Origin: an uncultured Desulfobacter sp. | Lineage (GTDB): Bacteria; Desulfobacterota; Desulfobacteria; Desulfobacterales; Desulfobacteraceae | DNA: 64,000 nt | Assembly: GCA_963665095.1 (NCBI GenBank) | Contig: OY762069.1 | Span: 2,240,001 to 2,304,000, forward strand | Direction of reading: 5' to 3' | Shown: positions 62,692 through 64,000 of the stretch, piece by piece | How positions within the stretch are numbered: position 1 is the stretch's first letter | How the letters are laid out: each line of letters starts with the position of its first letter | Notes under the pieces: generated by a model | The model's database searches: none | What the model was told of the DNA's origin: nothing | What the model saw: only the letters and a program-made list of their open reading frames with translations | Translations under genes and position numbers: made by a program

Positions 62692-62746
62692 ATATTTCTC
62701 CTCAACTATTTAATTGAAACTGTCATATTAACTTCAGGTGCAGCAG

Positions 62747-63160
62747 TCATACCCCATAGCGTCGGAACATCCGGTGGCTGAAAAAGTGGACATTCTTCAC
62801 CGTGCCGTCCGGCTGAATTTCTTCTTGTGCATCTCTAACCGTAACGGAATAAACCGCAATTAAATTCAACGTTAATGCAAAATTAACCATCAGCCAGGTT
62901 GCACCGAAATCCCCTTGAACCAGGACAAGATCATTTGCCTCGGATTCCGTTTCAAGCCATATATGTAGGGGCGTCAGGGTGCTGGAGATCTCTTTTCTAT
63001 CTGCCGGGATCTGCGCCCAGATTTTTTTTAAATCCGGGGGCAATGAAATAAAACGGTCAACTTTCCATAACTCCTGAGCCTCTTTTTCCTGAGTATGAGT
63101 AAGAGAATGATTAAACAGGAGAAACATTCTTCTATACCCCTTTTCATTTTGACCTGCCAT
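62747..63160 (-). CDS. csx20: CRISPR-associated Csx20 (putative ring nuclease)
   Basis: FNHSLT..Q, WAQIP, VLVQGDFGAT, YS...R and F.H..FRRY motifs. Confidence 0.8.
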   Translation of the reverse strand: MAGQNEKGYRRMFLLFNHSLTHTQEKEAQELWKVDRFISLPPDLKKIWAQIPADRKEISSTLTPLHIWLETESEANDLVLVQGDFGATWLMVNFALTLNLIAVYSVTVRDAQEEIQPDGTVKNVHFFSHRMFRRYGV

Positions 63161-64000
63161 TATGCTGCTGCCTCCACCTCAATCTTCCCAAGCCCGAATG
63201 CCGTATTTTTCCCGGCATGGACAACCCGTGCCATATCCAGAAAAGGTATGAACGGCGTAAGGTCGCCCTGGTATGTGACCTGTCCCACAAGGCCGCCCAT
63301 GAACATTTTTTTGTCCTGGCGAGACGAGTAGCGCTGCCAGTCAAACCAGGCCAGACGGTTGTCTGTGATCCTGATATCAGCTGCTTTTTTGACCAGGGCC
63401 GGATAGTCAAGGGACGGCTCTCCAGTGCCATAGGTGTTGAACAGAGCCGTACACCGCCGGACCAGAGAGCGGATCAGCAGATCAAAGGGCAGATCTGGTC
63501 GGGCACCCGGCTTTATCCCCACCCGGAACGGGGTTTTTATTTTCAGGGTGATCCAGTGTACCTCTGCATCCCTGGTCTGCGGGATCAGGCTGAACTCGGG
63601 CAGATGATCCGGCAGGGTGATGCAGCGATCCTGCCGGGCGTAAACCATGCTGTCGTCATGGGTGACCGATTCCAGGGTGAATCCGGCCCGTTTGCCCCGT
63701 ATGTTTTTACCCAGGCCGATCTGCCCCATCTGGTCAAAGGCATAAATGAAATAGGGCAGCTGCCTGTTCAAAGCGCCAAACAGGACAAGGGTGCATTCAA
63801 GGATTTCACCGGCTGTAAAACGGGTCTTTTCCGTCAGCGGCGGCTCCAGGATCACAGGATGGGGGGGATCGGAGATCCGGGCGTTTTCCGGGGCCGGCAG
63901 GGCATGGGCTGTTTCAAACACCAGGGCATAGGTGCAGGTTTTGTTCAGGATGCAATTGGTGCAGGTCTGTTTTTTCAGGGCACATACCGTCCTTTTCAGG
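63160..64000 (-). CDS. cas6: Cas6 crRNA-processing endoribonuclease (5' end off the window)
   Basis: HAGKNTAFGLG G-loop; RYSSRQ...MGG; frame open to 64000 (VCALKKQTCTNCILNKTC). Confidence 0.92.
   Translation of the reverse strand, partial: LKRTVCALKKQTCTNCILNKTCTYALVFETAHALPAPENARISDPPHPVILEPPLTEKTRFTAGEILECTLVLFGALNRQLPYFIYAFDQMGQIGLGKNIRGKRAGFTLESVTHDDSMVYARQDRCITLPDHLPEFSLIPQTRDAEVHWITLKIKTPFRVGIKPGARPDLPFDLLIRSLVRRCTALFNTYGTGEPSLDYPALVKKAADIRITDNRLAWFDWQRYSSRQDKKMFMGGLVGQVTYQGDLTPFIPFLDMARVVHAGKNTAFGLGKIEVEAAA

Noticed and set aside
61438..62781. Long antisense ORFs (447 aa here; also 583..1542 and 28981..29847)
   Set aside because: Shadow frames of well-supported genes on the opposite strand, with no motifs

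Overview
This 64-kb window looks like a sulfate-reducing deltaproteobacterial (Desulfobacterales-like) chromosome; the taxonomy is inferred from gene content only. The left part (1-34.7 kb) is metabolic and housekeeping. It holds a NuoE/NuoF/FdhF formate dehydrogenase with an in-frame UGA plus SECIS, and a sigma54-controlled HybA/NrfD/13-heme cytochrome operon whose cytochrome also has an in-frame UGA plus a SECIS-like hairpin. It also holds FmdE behind a candidate uORF attenuator, a corrinoid reductive activator, dynamin, manC and murJ. The right part (34.8-64 kb) is a large type III CRISPR-Cas island, mostly on the minus strand. From right to left: cas6, csx20, csx1, an HD-less GGDD cas10, cas7-cas5-(cas11), cas7-cas7, cas7-insert, cas2 and array 2. 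Next come an AbiEii-like nucleotidyltransferase pair and a five-gene operon (PemK-like?, ECF sigma-like, Zn-finger anti-sigma-like, Lon-protease/helical-repeat protein, second Csx1). Then come an opposite-strand RecQ-PRTase/DprA pair, a TPR protein, a CRISPR-associated primase-polymerase, cas1 and array 1, which ends inside a truncated brnT. The best candidate for an undescribed system is the Lon protease/anti-sigma/sigma module, which lacks a visible SAVED sensor and sits beside a III-Dv-like fused effector. All family calls come from motif recognition by eye, not from database searches.
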